Assembly: GCA_003154195.1 (NCBI GenBank)
Contig: PMCS01000024.1
Span: 64,028 to 128,027, forward strand
DNA: 64,000 bases
Origin: Candidatus Omnitrophota bacterium
Lineage (GTDB): Bacteria; Omnitrophota; Gorgyraeia; Duberdicusellales; 4484-171
Direction: 5' to 3'
Of the stretch, positions 28,476 to 37,132 are shown in pieces. Within the stretch, counting starts at the first letter, position 1. Each line of letters begins with the position of its first letter. The notes under the pieces are model-generated. The model ran no database searches. It was not told the DNA's origin and saw nothing but the letters and a program-made list of their open reading frames with translations. A program made the position numbers and the translations under genes.

Positions 28476-29195
28476 TCAACTTTCGTAATGAAGGAAATAA
28501 TTAATGAGGCCGATACCGAACACGGCGGCAGTTTCCACACGCAGGGTATTTACGGAAAGATTAACCGGCTTGAAGGAATTAGCCTGGAGCTGGTCAACTT
28601 CTTCTTTAGAAAAATCACCTTCGGGGCCGATGAGCAGAATGATATCGCCGTAATCCTGGCGAAAGATTTCTTTTACATTACCTTCGCCTTGTTGCCCAAA
28701 AAATTTCAGACGGCACCCGGTTTTCAATACTGTTTCGAAGTCCACGGTCTCCTTGAGTTCGGGGGACCAGAGGCGTTGTGATTGCCGCGCGGCTTCGACG
28801 ATAATTTTTTGCCAGCGCGTATATTTTTTTTCGGAAGGTGCCTCGGTTATGCTGCGCTCACAAATAAACGGTATAAACGATGAAACGCCAAGCTCTGTAG
28901 CCTTTTGCAGGATAAAATCTATTTTTTCCTCTTTTAACACGGGAAAACCCAGGGTTATCGGCGGTAAAGGGATATCCTGGGATTGAGCCAGCCCCATTGC
29001 GGCAACAGAAATGCTTTCTTTGCGTATCGCGGTTATTTCGTAGACGAATTCCTGTCCTACTCCGTTAAAAAGAAAAATACGCTCGCCGGTTCTAAGGCGT
29101 AAAATATTTTTTACTTTATGGATAATATCCTCATTGGATATTTCCATATAATCAGTTATTTTAGTCGGCTCGATGTAGATTCTTATCTTGGACAT
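28476..29195 (-). CDS. rsmE: 16S rRNA (uracil1498-N3)-methyltransferase RsmE
   Basis: RsmE fold with LIGPEGDFSKEE (GPEGGxS) motif; 239 aa. Confidence 0.8.
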   Translation of the reverse strand: MSKIRIYIEPTKITDYMEISNEDIIHKVKNILRLRTGERIFLFNGVGQEFVYEITAIRKESISVAAMGLAQSQDIPLPPITLGFPVLKEEKIDFILQKATELGVSSFIPFICERSITEAPSEKKYTRWQKIIVEAARQSQRLWSPELKETVDFETVLKTGCRLKFFGQQGEGNVKEIFRQDYGDIILLIGPEGDFSKEEVDQLQANSFKPVNLSVNTLRVETAAVFGIGLINYFLHYES

Positions 29196-29205
29196 AATTG
29201 ATATA

Positions 29206-29317
29206 GTTGAGCCCGTTACGCCTGTTTAGCCGGTTGGGCCAGTTGTGCCCTTTTAGCGGTTAGAACCCTACAACCGACCTAACTGACTCAACCGGCTCAA
29301 CGGTCTCAACCGGTTAA
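29206..29317. repeat. structured intergenic repeat (arms GGTTGGGCCAGTTGTG / ACAACTGACTCAACC around a GCCCGTTTAGC-type loop)
   Basis: Shares the cores gttgggccagttgtg and caaccgacNtaactgactcaaccggctNaac with 63607-63765. Confidence 0.6.
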
Positions 29318-29323
29318 TTGTTT

Positions 29324-30889
29324 TTATCGCATTTCCGACTCACTAAACACGATTGCCCGGAATTTTTCGATAATCGCGTCTTTATCTTTATAGGCATCCG
29401 CGGGGAGGCCGGCCTTATGGCATAATTCCTCAAGATATGTCTTCATATCCCATCCTTGCTCCACCGGTACTTGCGGTAAAAATAACCCCTGGCGAAAATC
29501 TTTTTTTATAATTAAACCGTGCTTGCCGATTTCTATTTCATCGAAGCTTTTTATTCTGTCAAAAGGGGTAAGGACGGATATCTCGATTTCGATATCTTTA
29601 AGCTCGCCGTATTCTACTTGGGGAAATCGGTTATCCTCCGTTGCCGCGTAAATCGCGAATTCCGAAACGACTTTGTACACCGGCGTATCGCCGACAATTC
29701 TTCCGATGCAGCCGCGCAACCGGCCATGTTCTTTCAGGGTAACGAACGCTCCGCGTTTCTCCTGCAACGCCGGCGAACCAGCCTTGAATTCCGGAACTTT
29801 TTTACCCTGCAGATGATTTTCCAGCGTTTCCCGCGCTATTTTAAGTAATGTCTTCTTTTCTTCGTTATTTAAGGTATATTCGGCCATCCCTCCCTCCCTG
29901 GTTTTCGATTTCAAACCGCTGTTTGATGCTACCGGGCCATTATCTTTTTTTTCCTGGCTTTCCGCCTGTGGCCTATTGCCTGTTGCCTGAGGCATGAGGT
30001 ATGCCGCCGCGCTCAGATAACCTACAACTTTGCTCTTATCGCCGGCGGTATCGCCGGAGTTGGCGTATTTGAGAACAGAGACTTGCGCGTTTCGTTCACG
30101 CGCGTACATGAGCAACGTAATGACCGGATAAATCCCGCAGGCTCGGCCTTCGCCGTTGTTCACCGATTGGGCAAGCGCTTCAATATTTTTATCATTTACG
30201 AATTCGACAGTACCTTTGTCGATTCTTACCGCTTCATCGTAGGGATGATAGTGCGAAAGGTCGCTTGAGGCAACGACTAAAATTTTCTTTTTTGCCGAAA
30301 TCTTCACCAGAAGATCTGCCGTATCCTTCAAATCTTTAAAAGTGACGTCACTGAAAATAACCGGGACGATTTTTATCTTATTGCCCAATGCCTTAAAGAT
30401 AAACGGAAGCTGCACTTCGACAGAATGCTCTTCGTTGAAATATTCCGGATCAAAAGCGGCAAATTTTAAAGCGCTGAATTCCCCAGCCAGTTCATTGTCG
30501 ATATCCAGCTTACCCGTAGGTACGCTAAAGGAGCCGCCGGGAGGATATACGGCGATACCATTGAAGCTATACCGATGCGAAGGCGCCAGGATAATTACGG
30601 TATCGTAATTGTCTTTAAGCGCTTTATAGCCGTAGGCGGCGATATGACCGGAGTAAATATATCCGGCATGGGGAGAGATCAGGCCGATTATCTGCCCGTC
30701 AAGGGTAGCTGGGGAAGCATTATTAAAATATTTGGTTAATTGCGAAGCTAAAACTTCCTTGTCGGCAGGATAAAACGGACCGCAAAACTCACACTTTTTT
30801 TCTTCTGCTGATGCGGAAGAAAAAAAGTTATTGAAAAATAAAAAACCAACAATCCATAAATAACAAATGGTTTTGCGTATTTTTACCAT
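29324..30889 (-). CDS. fusion of AmmeMemoRadiSam system protein B (Memo1-like) and protein A (AMMECR1 domain), with N-terminal signal peptide/anchor
   Basis: N-part GLISPHAGYIYSGHIAAYGY (MEMO1 family); C-part GAFVTLKEHGRLRGCIG (AMMECR1 RGCIG motif); N-terminus MVKIRKTICYLWIVGFLFFNNFFSSASA is signal-peptide-like; low-complexity linker between the halves. Confidence 0.7.
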   Translation of the reverse strand: MVKIRKTICYLWIVGFLFFNNFFSSASAEEKKCEFCGPFYPADKEVLASQLTKYFNNASPATLDGQIIGLISPHAGYIYSGHIAAYGYKALKDNYDTVIILAPSHRYSFNGIAVYPPGGSFSVPTGKLDIDNELAGEFSALKFAAFDPEYFNEEHSVEVQLPFIFKALGNKIKIVPVIFSDVTFKDLKDTADLLVKISAKKKILVVASSDLSHYHPYDEAVRIDKGTVEFVNDKNIEALAQSVNNGEGRACGIYPVITLLMYARERNAQVSVLKYANSGDTAGDKSKVVGYLSAAAYLMPQATGNRPQAESQEKKDNGPVASNSGLKSKTREGGMAEYTLNNEEKKTLLKIARETLENHLQGKKVPEFKAGSPALQEKRGAFVTLKEHGRLRGCIGRIVGDTPVYKVVSEFAIYAATEDNRFPQVEYGELKDIEIEISVLTPFDRIKSFDEIEIGKHGLIIKKDFRQGLFLPQVPVEQGWDMKTYLEELCHKAGLPADAYKDKDAIIEKFRAIVFSESEMR

Positions 30890-30918
30890 TTTTAGTTAAT
30901 TTAAACATCGGCCGTTTA

Positions 30919-30973
30919 CCATCCGCTTCGCGGATGGTGGATATTTATTTTTCGCACAGCGAAAAATAAATAT
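30919..30973. terminator. two adjacent hairpins (CCATCCGCTTCGCGGATGG and a 15-bp perfect IR ATATTTATTTTTCGC/GCGAAAAATAAATAT) downstream of tRNA-Ala
   Basis: Read directly; they lie downstream of the minus-strand tRNA and upstream of the Memo/AMMECR1 gene. Confidence 0.5.
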
Positions 30974-31195
30974 GGAGCCGAGGAGATTTGCCCGCCAAAA
31001 GACGAAAGCTTTTGGCGAGGTCTCGCCTTCGGCGGAAACTCCTATTCGCTGCCTTCCGTGATAAACGATTTATGTTTTTGAAATATGGAGCCGGGCGGAG
31101 TTTCCGTCAAAAGTCGAAAACTCTTGACGAGATCTCGCCAAAATAAAAACATTTTTTTGGCGGAGAACCGCCCACCCTTAAGCGCAGAACAAAAA
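30973..31195. repeat. two tandem units of about 120 bp, each beginning with a copy of the tRNA-Ala 3' end (TGGAGCCGAGGAGATTTG) followed by a conserved hairpin module
   Basis: 30973-30990 and 31085-31102 match the tRNA 3' end (17/18 and about 13/18). The modules cgccaaaag-N7-cttttggcg + ggcgaggtctcgcc are also seen at 40205-40255 and 9618-9650, with compensatory stem changes. Confidence 0.55.
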
Positions 31196-31271
31196 TGGTG
31201 GAGCCGAGGAGATTTGAACTCCTGACCTCCTCGTTGCGAACGAGGCGTTCTCCCAACTGAACTACGGCCCC
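31196..31271 (-). tRNA. tRNA-Ala (anticodon CGC)
   Basis: Reverse complement GGGGCCGUAGUUCAGUUGGGAGAACGCCUCGUUCGCAACGAGGAGGUCAGGAGUUCAAAUCUCCUCGGCUCCACCA: G3:U70, U8, A14, G18G19, TΨC loop, anticodon loop UUCGCAA, encoded CCA. Confidence 0.9.
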
Positions 31272-31427
31272 GATTTAAAATGTAATTATATAGGTTTTTA
31301 TTTCCTCGATTTTAAATCGCACTGAGTGAAACGAAGTGCCTTTATACCAAATCAACGACAGTAACGTTTTTAACCAGCGTTGAGGGTTTAAGTCTAGAAT
31401 GCCTAAATTAACCCTGCATTATTCTAT

Positions 31428-32240
31428 CTATTTGACCTTTGGTTTGCAAGAAAAACTTTCTTCGGGAGAAGGGTAATTTCCCATCCGCACGTCGGCGGAA
31501 AAATCCTGCGCTGCTTTTTTTACCTGCGCGGCTAAATCGGCGTATACTCGCGCAAAGCGCGGCCGTATTTTCTTATAAAGACCTAATAAGTCGTAAAGGA
31601 CAAGCACCTGGCCATCGCAGTATTTCCCCGCACCGCAGCTTATCGTAGGAATCTTTATTTTTTTGGTAATAACGCGGCCTAATTCAAGCGGGATACATTC
31701 AAGCACCAGGCTGAAGATACCCAAGTCTTCCAATGATTTCGCCTGGGCGATTAACCGGGCGGCAGATTCGCTATTTTTCCCCTGGACTTTAAACCCGCCG
31801 AGTAAATGGGCGGTTTGCGGAGTCAAGCCGATATGGCCCATCACGGGAATTTTATTTTTGATTAATTTTTTTGTCACATATTCGCCTTGAGCAAACCACT
31901 CTATCTTCACGGCATCCGCTCCGGCATCGATAAATTTTTTAGCAAAGTCTACGCATTTGGCGGGGTTTTTTTGAAAAGCGACATAAGGCATATCGGCGAC
32001 GACCAGAGAATTCTTCACGCCTCTTGCCACGGCTTTCGCATGGTTCAACATTTCACTGAACTGAATTTTACGCGTTTCCGCCATCCCCAAAACCACGTTG
32101 GCTAAAGAATCGCCGATTAAAATGATATCAATCCCCGCTTCGTCAAGGACGCAGGCAAAAGCGTAATCATAACACGTCAACATCGTTATTTTTTGTTTGT
32201 TTTTATATTTGATAATATCGGACACGGTTATTTTCGGCAT
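31428..32240 (-). CDS. panB: 3-methyl-2-oxobutanoate hydroxymethyltransferase (ketopantoate hydroxymethyltransferase)
   Basis: LTCYDYAFACVLDEAGIDIILIGDSLANVVLG and the rest of the PanB TIM barrel; 270 aa. Confidence 0.9.
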   Translation of the reverse strand: MPKITVSDIIKYKNKQKITMLTCYDYAFACVLDEAGIDIILIGDSLANVVLGMAETRKIQFSEMLNHAKAVARGVKNSLVVADMPYVAFQKNPAKCVDFAKKFIDAGADAVKIEWFAQGEYVTKKLIKNKIPVMGHIGLTPQTAHLLGGFKVQGKNSESAARLIAQAKSLEDLGIFSLVLECIPLELGRVITKKIKIPTISCGAGKYCDGQVLVLYDLLGLYKKIRPRFARVYADLAAQVKKAAQDFSADVRMGNYPSPEESFSCKPKVK

Positions 32241-32272
32241 ATTTTTTTATCCTGCTGACAATCGACGGCGGT

Positions 32273-32773
32273 TCACTTGCGATACATATAGATGATAACC
32301 TGGATAACAATGCCGGCGCCGGACAACGCCAGCAACACAAAAAAAGCGTATTCCCCAGGAATAAAGGGAAGCCGGACAATCAATGCCGCGCCGGTAAGAG
32401 AAGACAAAATAATCAGCGCCCACTCTAAAAGGCCGGCGCCTAACAATAGCCCCAACAATGCCGCTAAGGCAATAATGCCCCAACCTGCCGGCTCAGGCAC
32501 GCTGAAACGCGATACCACGCCTGCCGCCAGGTATCCCGCCGCCGCCGCGCCTGCCGCCGCTACGGCGGCCTTGCGCATGACAAAAGACAACCAGATACTG
32601 AGAAACCCGCATCCGGTCATAATCAATAATCGGGCCATAATATTGCCGTCCGGAAAAAACAACATTCCCACACTGCCGCCGAGAATAAACCCGATAACGC
32701 CGATAAAAAACCAGAACAGCGGCCGGCCGGCGACAATCAATAAAATACCGGCAACGATTTGGGCGATTTCCAT
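32273..32773 (-). CDS. hypothetical integral membrane protein
   Basis: 166 aa, highly hydrophobic, Ala/Gly-rich helices (AAAGAAAAGYLAAG). Confidence 0.35.
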   Translation of the reverse strand: MEIAQIVAGILLIVAGRPLFWFFIGVIGFILGGSVGMLFFPDGNIMARLLIMTGCGFLSIWLSFVMRKAAVAAAGAAAAGYLAAGVVSRFSVPEPAGWGIIALAALLGLLLGAGLLEWALIILSSLTGAALIVRLPFIPGEYAFFVLLALSGAGIVIQVIIYMYRK

Positions 32774-32786
32774 TTCCGTCCTGCTC

Positions 32787-33887
32787 CTACTGGATTATAT
32801 GTACTCGTTTCTTTCCGTTTTCGTCCCGCATAACCACAAAGATACGCATCGTCGACGGATTTAATGATATAAATTTTCTTATTCGATCTACGCCCATCAC
32901 AAAAAATGCCGTGGAAAGGCTGTCAGCCGTAGTGCAATTTTTGGCGATAACGGTTACACTGATCATCTTATCGTCGACCGGATAGCCGGTTTTGGGGTCG
33001 ATCAGATGAGAATACTGCTTGCCGTTAAGTTCAAAAAATTGCTCATAATTGCCGCTGGTCGCCGCGCCTTCATCTTCGATATTTTGCGTTGCGATAATAT
33101 CGGAAACTTCCGGGGCATCCTTTATACCGACCCGCCATGGCCTATTGCTGTTTCGGCCCAGGCAGTAGATATCGCCGCCCAGATCGACAATCGCGCCGGA
33201 TATCCCTGCTTTTTTAAGTTTCAGCGCGGCTTGGTCCACCATATAACCGTCGGCAATCGCCGCCAGGTCGATTGACAAGCCACGGCGCCTTAGCGTAACG
33301 GTTTTATCTTTTTCATTTAATTCGACAAAATTAAAACCGCAATTTTTTTTAATTTCGGCGATCTCATCAGCGGAAGGCAATCTGCCGGTTCCGCCTTTAG
33401 CGATCAGCCCTTTCCATAATTTAAATAAATTGCCGCTTGCCGGGTCGAACGCCCCGCCGCTCATCGCATAAACCTGATAAGATAATTTTAAAATATCAAA
33501 AAGCTCATCGGAAACCTTTACCGAAGTGTCGAATGACCGGTTCAGACGGGAAAGCTCGGAACTCTCCTTGTAGAAGCTAAAAATGTTTTCCAGACGTTTA
33601 ATCTCGTCGTAAACAATTTTCCCCGCCCGGCTGTCGTAAGATTTTACCTCAAGAAACGTGCCGGCAACAACATATTTTGATTTATGCAACGGCTGGGCGC
33701 AGGAACATGCAAAAAACAAACCGCAGACCGGTACCAACTTAACCGAAAAACCGAAAAACCGAAAAACCGAAAAACTCAAGACAAAAATGTAGGGATATTT
33801 TAGATCGGCAGTTTTTAAGTTTTTACGTTTTTTTGTTTTTCGGTTAACTAACCCGACACCTGATGTCTGATTCACTTTTCCAGCCAT
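32787..33887 (-). CDS. apbE: FAD:protein FMN transferase ApbE-family lipoprotein; start uncertain
   Basis: ApbE motifs (DLAAIADGYMVDQAA, SGNYEQF); lipobox-like LFFACS. The N-terminal part of the ORF is encoded by the (CCGAAAAA)4 tandem repeat, so the true start is probably an internal or non-ATG codon. Confidence 0.75.
   Translation of the reverse strand: MAGKVNQTSGVGLVNRKTKKRKNLKTADLKYPYIFVLSFSVFRFFGFSVKLVPVCGLFFACSCAQPLHKSKYVVAGTFLEVKSYDSRAGKIVYDEIKRLENIFSFYKESSELSRLNRSFDTSVKVSDELFDILKLSYQVYAMSGGAFDPASGNLFKLWKGLIAKGGTGRLPSADEIAEIKKNCGFNFVELNEKDKTVTLRRRGLSIDLAAIADGYMVDQAALKLKKAGISGAIVDLGGDIYCLGRNSNRPWRVGIKDAPEVSDIIATQNIEDEGAATSGNYEQFFELNGKQYSHLIDPKTGYPVDDKMISVTVIAKNCTTADSLSTAFFVMGVDRIRKFISLNPSTMRIFVVMRDENGKKRVHIIQ
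33742..33776. repeat. 8-bp tandem repeat (ACCGAAAA)x4
   Basis: aaccgaaaaaccgaaaaaccgaaaaaccgaaaaac read directly; lies in the 5' end/leader of apbE. Confidence 0.8.
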
Positions 33888-35587
33888 TTCATTAACTCCT
33901 CCAATCCCATACAGTTTATCACATCGTTTTTAGTAAGCCAGGCTCGGCGGCCGACATTGACGCCTAACCCCATCGCTTCCATTTGCCGGAATTGGTGAGA
34001 ATCGGTATCGATGGCGATTTTTACCCCCCTTTTTTTTGCGGCCATCGCGTTCGTATCGTTTAAATCCAGACGCTGGGGGTAAGAGTTTATCTCTAACGCC
34101 GTATTATAGTCGGCTGCGGCCTTGAACACTTCATTTAAATCGATATCGTAGGCGTCGCGCTGGCCGGCCAGCTTTCCCGTCGGATGGGCGATGATGTGCG
34201 CGTATTTATTTTTACAGGCCGACACGATTCGTTTAGTAAGCTGTTTTTTTGATTGCCTTAAACCCGAATGCACCGCGGCAACCACCAGGTCAAATTCTTT
34301 CAGGGTCTCGTCAGGGTAATCGAGAGAACCGTCGTTGTTGATATCTACTTCCGTACCGCAAAGAATACGGAAGTTATTATATTTTTTATTGAGCGCGCGT
34401 ATTTCTTCGGATTTTTTATGGATTTCGTTTCGCGATAACCCTTTGGCGATATGCAGCGATTGCGAATGGTCACAGACCGCGATATATCGATAGCCGAGCG
34501 CTTGCGCCTGTGCCGCGTCTTCTTCGATCGTCGATAGCCCATCGCTGTAAGTCGAATGCACATGGAGGTCGCCTTTAATATCGCTAAGCTCGACCAATCT
34601 AGGCAGGTTGTGGCTTATGGCGGCATCGATCTCTCCCCGGTCTTCGCGCAATTCCGGGGGGATATAATCCATCCCCAATAACGCGAATACTTCTTCTTCG
34701 GTCTTGCCGGCAAGGCATTTTTCTTTGCCGTCGAATACACCGTATTCGTTCAGTTTATAGCCATGAGCGATTGCCGATTCCCGCAATTTTATATTGAATT
34801 CTTTAGAACCGGTAAAATAAAGCAGGGCAGCGCCGAAACTTTGCTTTTCCACTATCCGCAAATCGACCTGGATATTATTCTCCCGGGCGATAACACTGGA
34901 TTTCGCGGGGCCACGCTCCCGCGTTTCCTTGACAATCGGCAGTTTCACGAACTCGTCGATGATTTTTTGCATGGGATTTCCGGCGATAAGGATATCGATA
35001 TCCCTGACTGCGCCTTTTTCACGCCGGAGCGAACCGGCAACCGATATCTGCCCTACTTCCTTCAGGTTTTTTAGCGAATCCACAAATTGGCCGGCGATAC
35101 GGTGAGCGACAGGGTTAAGCACCGCCTCTTGGCCGCGTTGGTATATCCCAATACCGTGAATGATATTCTCAATGGTCTTTTCGCGAATGCCCGGCAACTC
35201 GGCTAACTGCCGGGTTTTTGCCGCTTTTTCTAGTTTTTCCACCGAATCGATTTTAGTGCGGTCGTAAATCAGCTTTACCGTTTTCGGCCCCAGGCCGGGG
35301 ACACGAAGCAGTTCCAGCAACCCCGAAGGTATCTCTTTTTTTAAATCTTCATATAAAGCGGTGGTATCGCCGGTAATAATATCGTTTATTTTTTCCGCCA
35401 GATCTTTTCCGATGCCTTCGATTTCCGTAAGGGCGCCGCGTTGCGCGATATCTTTTACATCCTCAGTAAGGTCTTCGATGATACCCGCGGCGTGTTCATA
35501 GGCGCGGACGCGAAAATGATTCTCGCCCTTAAGTGCCAGCATCGAAGAAATGTTTTGAAATATTTCCGCAACTTTTTTGTTCAACAT
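33872..35587 (-). CDS. polX: family X DNA polymerase with C-terminal PHP phosphoesterase domain (PolX)
   Basis: HhH and Pol-beta-like core (GSLRREKGAVRDIDILIA) plus PHP domain (DLHVHSTYSDGLSTIEE, HPTGK); 571 aa. Confidence 0.85.
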   Translation of the reverse strand: MLNKKVAEIFQNISSMLALKGENHFRVRAYEHAAGIIEDLTEDVKDIAQRGALTEIEGIGKDLAEKINDIITGDTTALYEDLKKEIPSGLLELLRVPGLGPKTVKLIYDRTKIDSVEKLEKAAKTRQLAELPGIREKTIENIIHGIGIYQRGQEAVLNPVAHRIAGQFVDSLKNLKEVGQISVAGSLRREKGAVRDIDILIAGNPMQKIIDEFVKLPIVKETRERGPAKSSVIARENNIQVDLRIVEKQSFGAALLYFTGSKEFNIKLRESAIAHGYKLNEYGVFDGKEKCLAGKTEEEVFALLGMDYIPPELREDRGEIDAAISHNLPRLVELSDIKGDLHVHSTYSDGLSTIEEDAAQAQALGYRYIAVCDHSQSLHIAKGLSRNEIHKKSEEIRALNKKYNNFRILCGTEVDINNDGSLDYPDETLKEFDLVVAAVHSGLRQSKKQLTKRIVSACKNKYAHIIAHPTGKLAGQRDAYDIDLNEVFKAAADYNTALEINSYPQRLDLNDTNAMAAKKRGVKIAIDTDSHQFRQMEAMGLGVNVGRRAWLTKNDVINCMGLEELMKWLEK

Positions 35588-35714
35588 ATTTTTTACTGCG
35601 TAATTCGACTATCCCCTCCGGGGATAGTTCAACTACATCCCGCACTAATTTTAAAATGAAATTAGTGCGGGATAAGTTTCACTACCGCCTCACTACGTTC
35701 GGCGAAATCTCATT

Positions 35715-35820
35715 AAAAATATCCGTCATCCGCTTCGTCCCGATGCTCCGGAATATCGCGAAAATCTCCTTCGGATATTTTCGCAAGGCTTCCGGGACTC
35801 CGCTTACGCTTCGCGGATGG
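35715..35820. repeat. about 105-bp nested-hairpin repeat, copy 1 (ends formed by a split ATCCGCTTCG|CGGAT palindrome)
   Basis: About 90% identical to 40034-40140; inner IR TCGCGAAAAT/ATTTTCGCGA; the ORF-track translations through it are near-identical (ISVIRFVPM..NIAKISFGYFR.ASG.PLTLRG). Confidence 0.7.
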
Positions 35821-35931
35821 AAAAAATACCGTAAAATTTTCAACCCAGTTTTGTTTAATGTTAACGTTCTAAATCCGCCGCAGGCGGATTTTCTGTTAAA
35901 TCTATTCTGCGGCGTTAGCAGCAGAATAGAT

Positions 35932-36288
35932 TTAACCGGGGAAGAGTTTCGCCCGGAAAATAAAGAAAACCGCTCCCAGCAAACACAACCCCGCCCAGAA
36001 ATAATCCGTACCGATTTTTTCCTTCATATAAAAAACGGAAAACGGGACAAAAACCGATAAAGTAATTACTTCCTGCATTATTTTTAACTGGCCGATGGTC
36101 AAAACCTGGTGGCCAATGCGGTTCGCCGGCACCTGGAGCATATATTCAAAAAAAGCAATCCCCCAACTTACCAGGGCGGCGACAATCCATGGTTTAGACG
36201 AAAGATTCTTCAGATGGCCATACCAGGCGAAGGTCATAAAAACATTACTGCAGGAAAGCAAAATAATGGTCAGGTAAATATTCTTCAT
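35932..36288 (-). CDS. DMT-superfamily small membrane protein (DUF486-like)
   Basis: 118 aa, four TM segments, FAWYGHLKN motif typical of DUF486. Confidence 0.5.
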   Translation of the reverse strand: MKNIYLTIILLSCSNVFMTFAWYGHLKNLSSKPWIVAALVSWGIAFFEYMLQVPANRIGHQVLTIGQLKIMQEVITLSVFVPFSVFYMKEKIGTDYFWAGLCLLGAVFFIFRAKLFPG

Positions 36289-36340
36289 TTTATTTATCCC
36301 GGCATTTTAAAACCGCAAAGCAACAAAAACAATACCTTCT

Positions 36341-36934
36341 TTATTCTTTCGGCTTAGCGCCGGCGCTCAAAAAATCATTGAGCTTGTCTTCAGTCATCTT
36401 GTCCTCGGAAATAACTTCGCCGTTTTCATTATATTTTTTTAAAACGACATCTTTATTCTCATCGGCATACCTTTCTTCAATCAGCTTCCCGTCTTTATCG
36501 AAAAATTTAACGACACTCTTTGCTTGCGACTTGATCATAAGCGTCGTAAATTTTCCAGAATCATCGCCGAAAAGTTCTTGTGTATTAATGTTTTTATTCT
36601 TATCCTGCGTAAGACGAAATTCTTCCGGGCTTATTATTTCCGCATAGCCATCTTTAGTCAATTTTTCAACAACGTCATCCCAAACAAGCCCTATTCCTTC
36701 AACCTGGCTTTTCGTAATCGACCCTGGTTCCACTTTGCAGCTATCCGCCCCCGGGCAAGTTGTTGCCGGAGCTGCCGGGTCACAATTTAACATGAACAAT
36801 GCTGCGACCTCCATCTTACTCGCGCCTGGTTCGTTATTATTATCTTGGGCGTATCCGGATAAATTGAAAAAAACAACGAAAATAATTAACGCAATAATTC
36901 GCATAAGTTCTCCTTCTTTTATTTCCCCGCGCAA
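36341..36934 (-). CDS. hypothetical secreted protein
   Basis: Signal peptide MRIIALIIFVVFFNLSGYA; Lys/Glu/Asp-rich; no recognised domain. Confidence 0.35.
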   Translation of the reverse strand: MRGEIKEGELMRIIALIIFVVFFNLSGYAQDNNNEPGASKMEVAALFMLNCDPAAPATTCPGADSCKVEPGSITKSQVEGIGLVWDDVVEKLTKDGYAEIISPEEFRLTQDKNKNINTQELFGDDSGKFTTLMIKSQAKSVVKFFDKDGKLIEERYADENKDVVLKKYNENGEVISEDKMTEDKLNDFLSAGAKPKE

Positions 36935-37132
36935 TAGCGGACCGAAACATCACCATGATCGCTCATCTGCAATTCCGGGGACAGCTACCACAACTCCCGC
37001 TCCCATTATTTTTCCAAAACATCAATCAGTCTTACTCATTTCTTAATCCGTTAAAATCTGCGAAATCTGTGGACAAAAATTTTCCGTATCTTCCCCTTTC
37101 GAGTTTTCCTCTATCCTCTGTGGTAAAATTAT

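Noticed and set aside
27844-31200. Short repeats (CCGTTNAGC, tRNA-end copies) considered as a CRISPR array
   Set aside because: Units are not of uniform length, have no regularly sized unique spacers, and copies are dispersed (27.8 kb, 29.2 kb, 63.6 kb). No cas genes in the window.
29324-31428. Prophage or integrative island at tRNA-Ala
   Set aside because: tRNA-3'-end copies exist, but only about 120 bp apart. No integrase, phage or conjugation genes nearby; the flanking genes (panB, rsmE, Memo/AMMECR1) are chromosomal.
35533-36060. ORF-track proteins 35533-36060(+) and 39773-40141(+) sharing ISVIRFVPM..NIAKISFGYFR.ASG.PLTLRG
   Set aside because: The shared peptide is the translation of the about 105-bp nested-hairpin DNA repeat; the flanks are unrelated and have no start context. 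The repeat is interpreted as non-coding.
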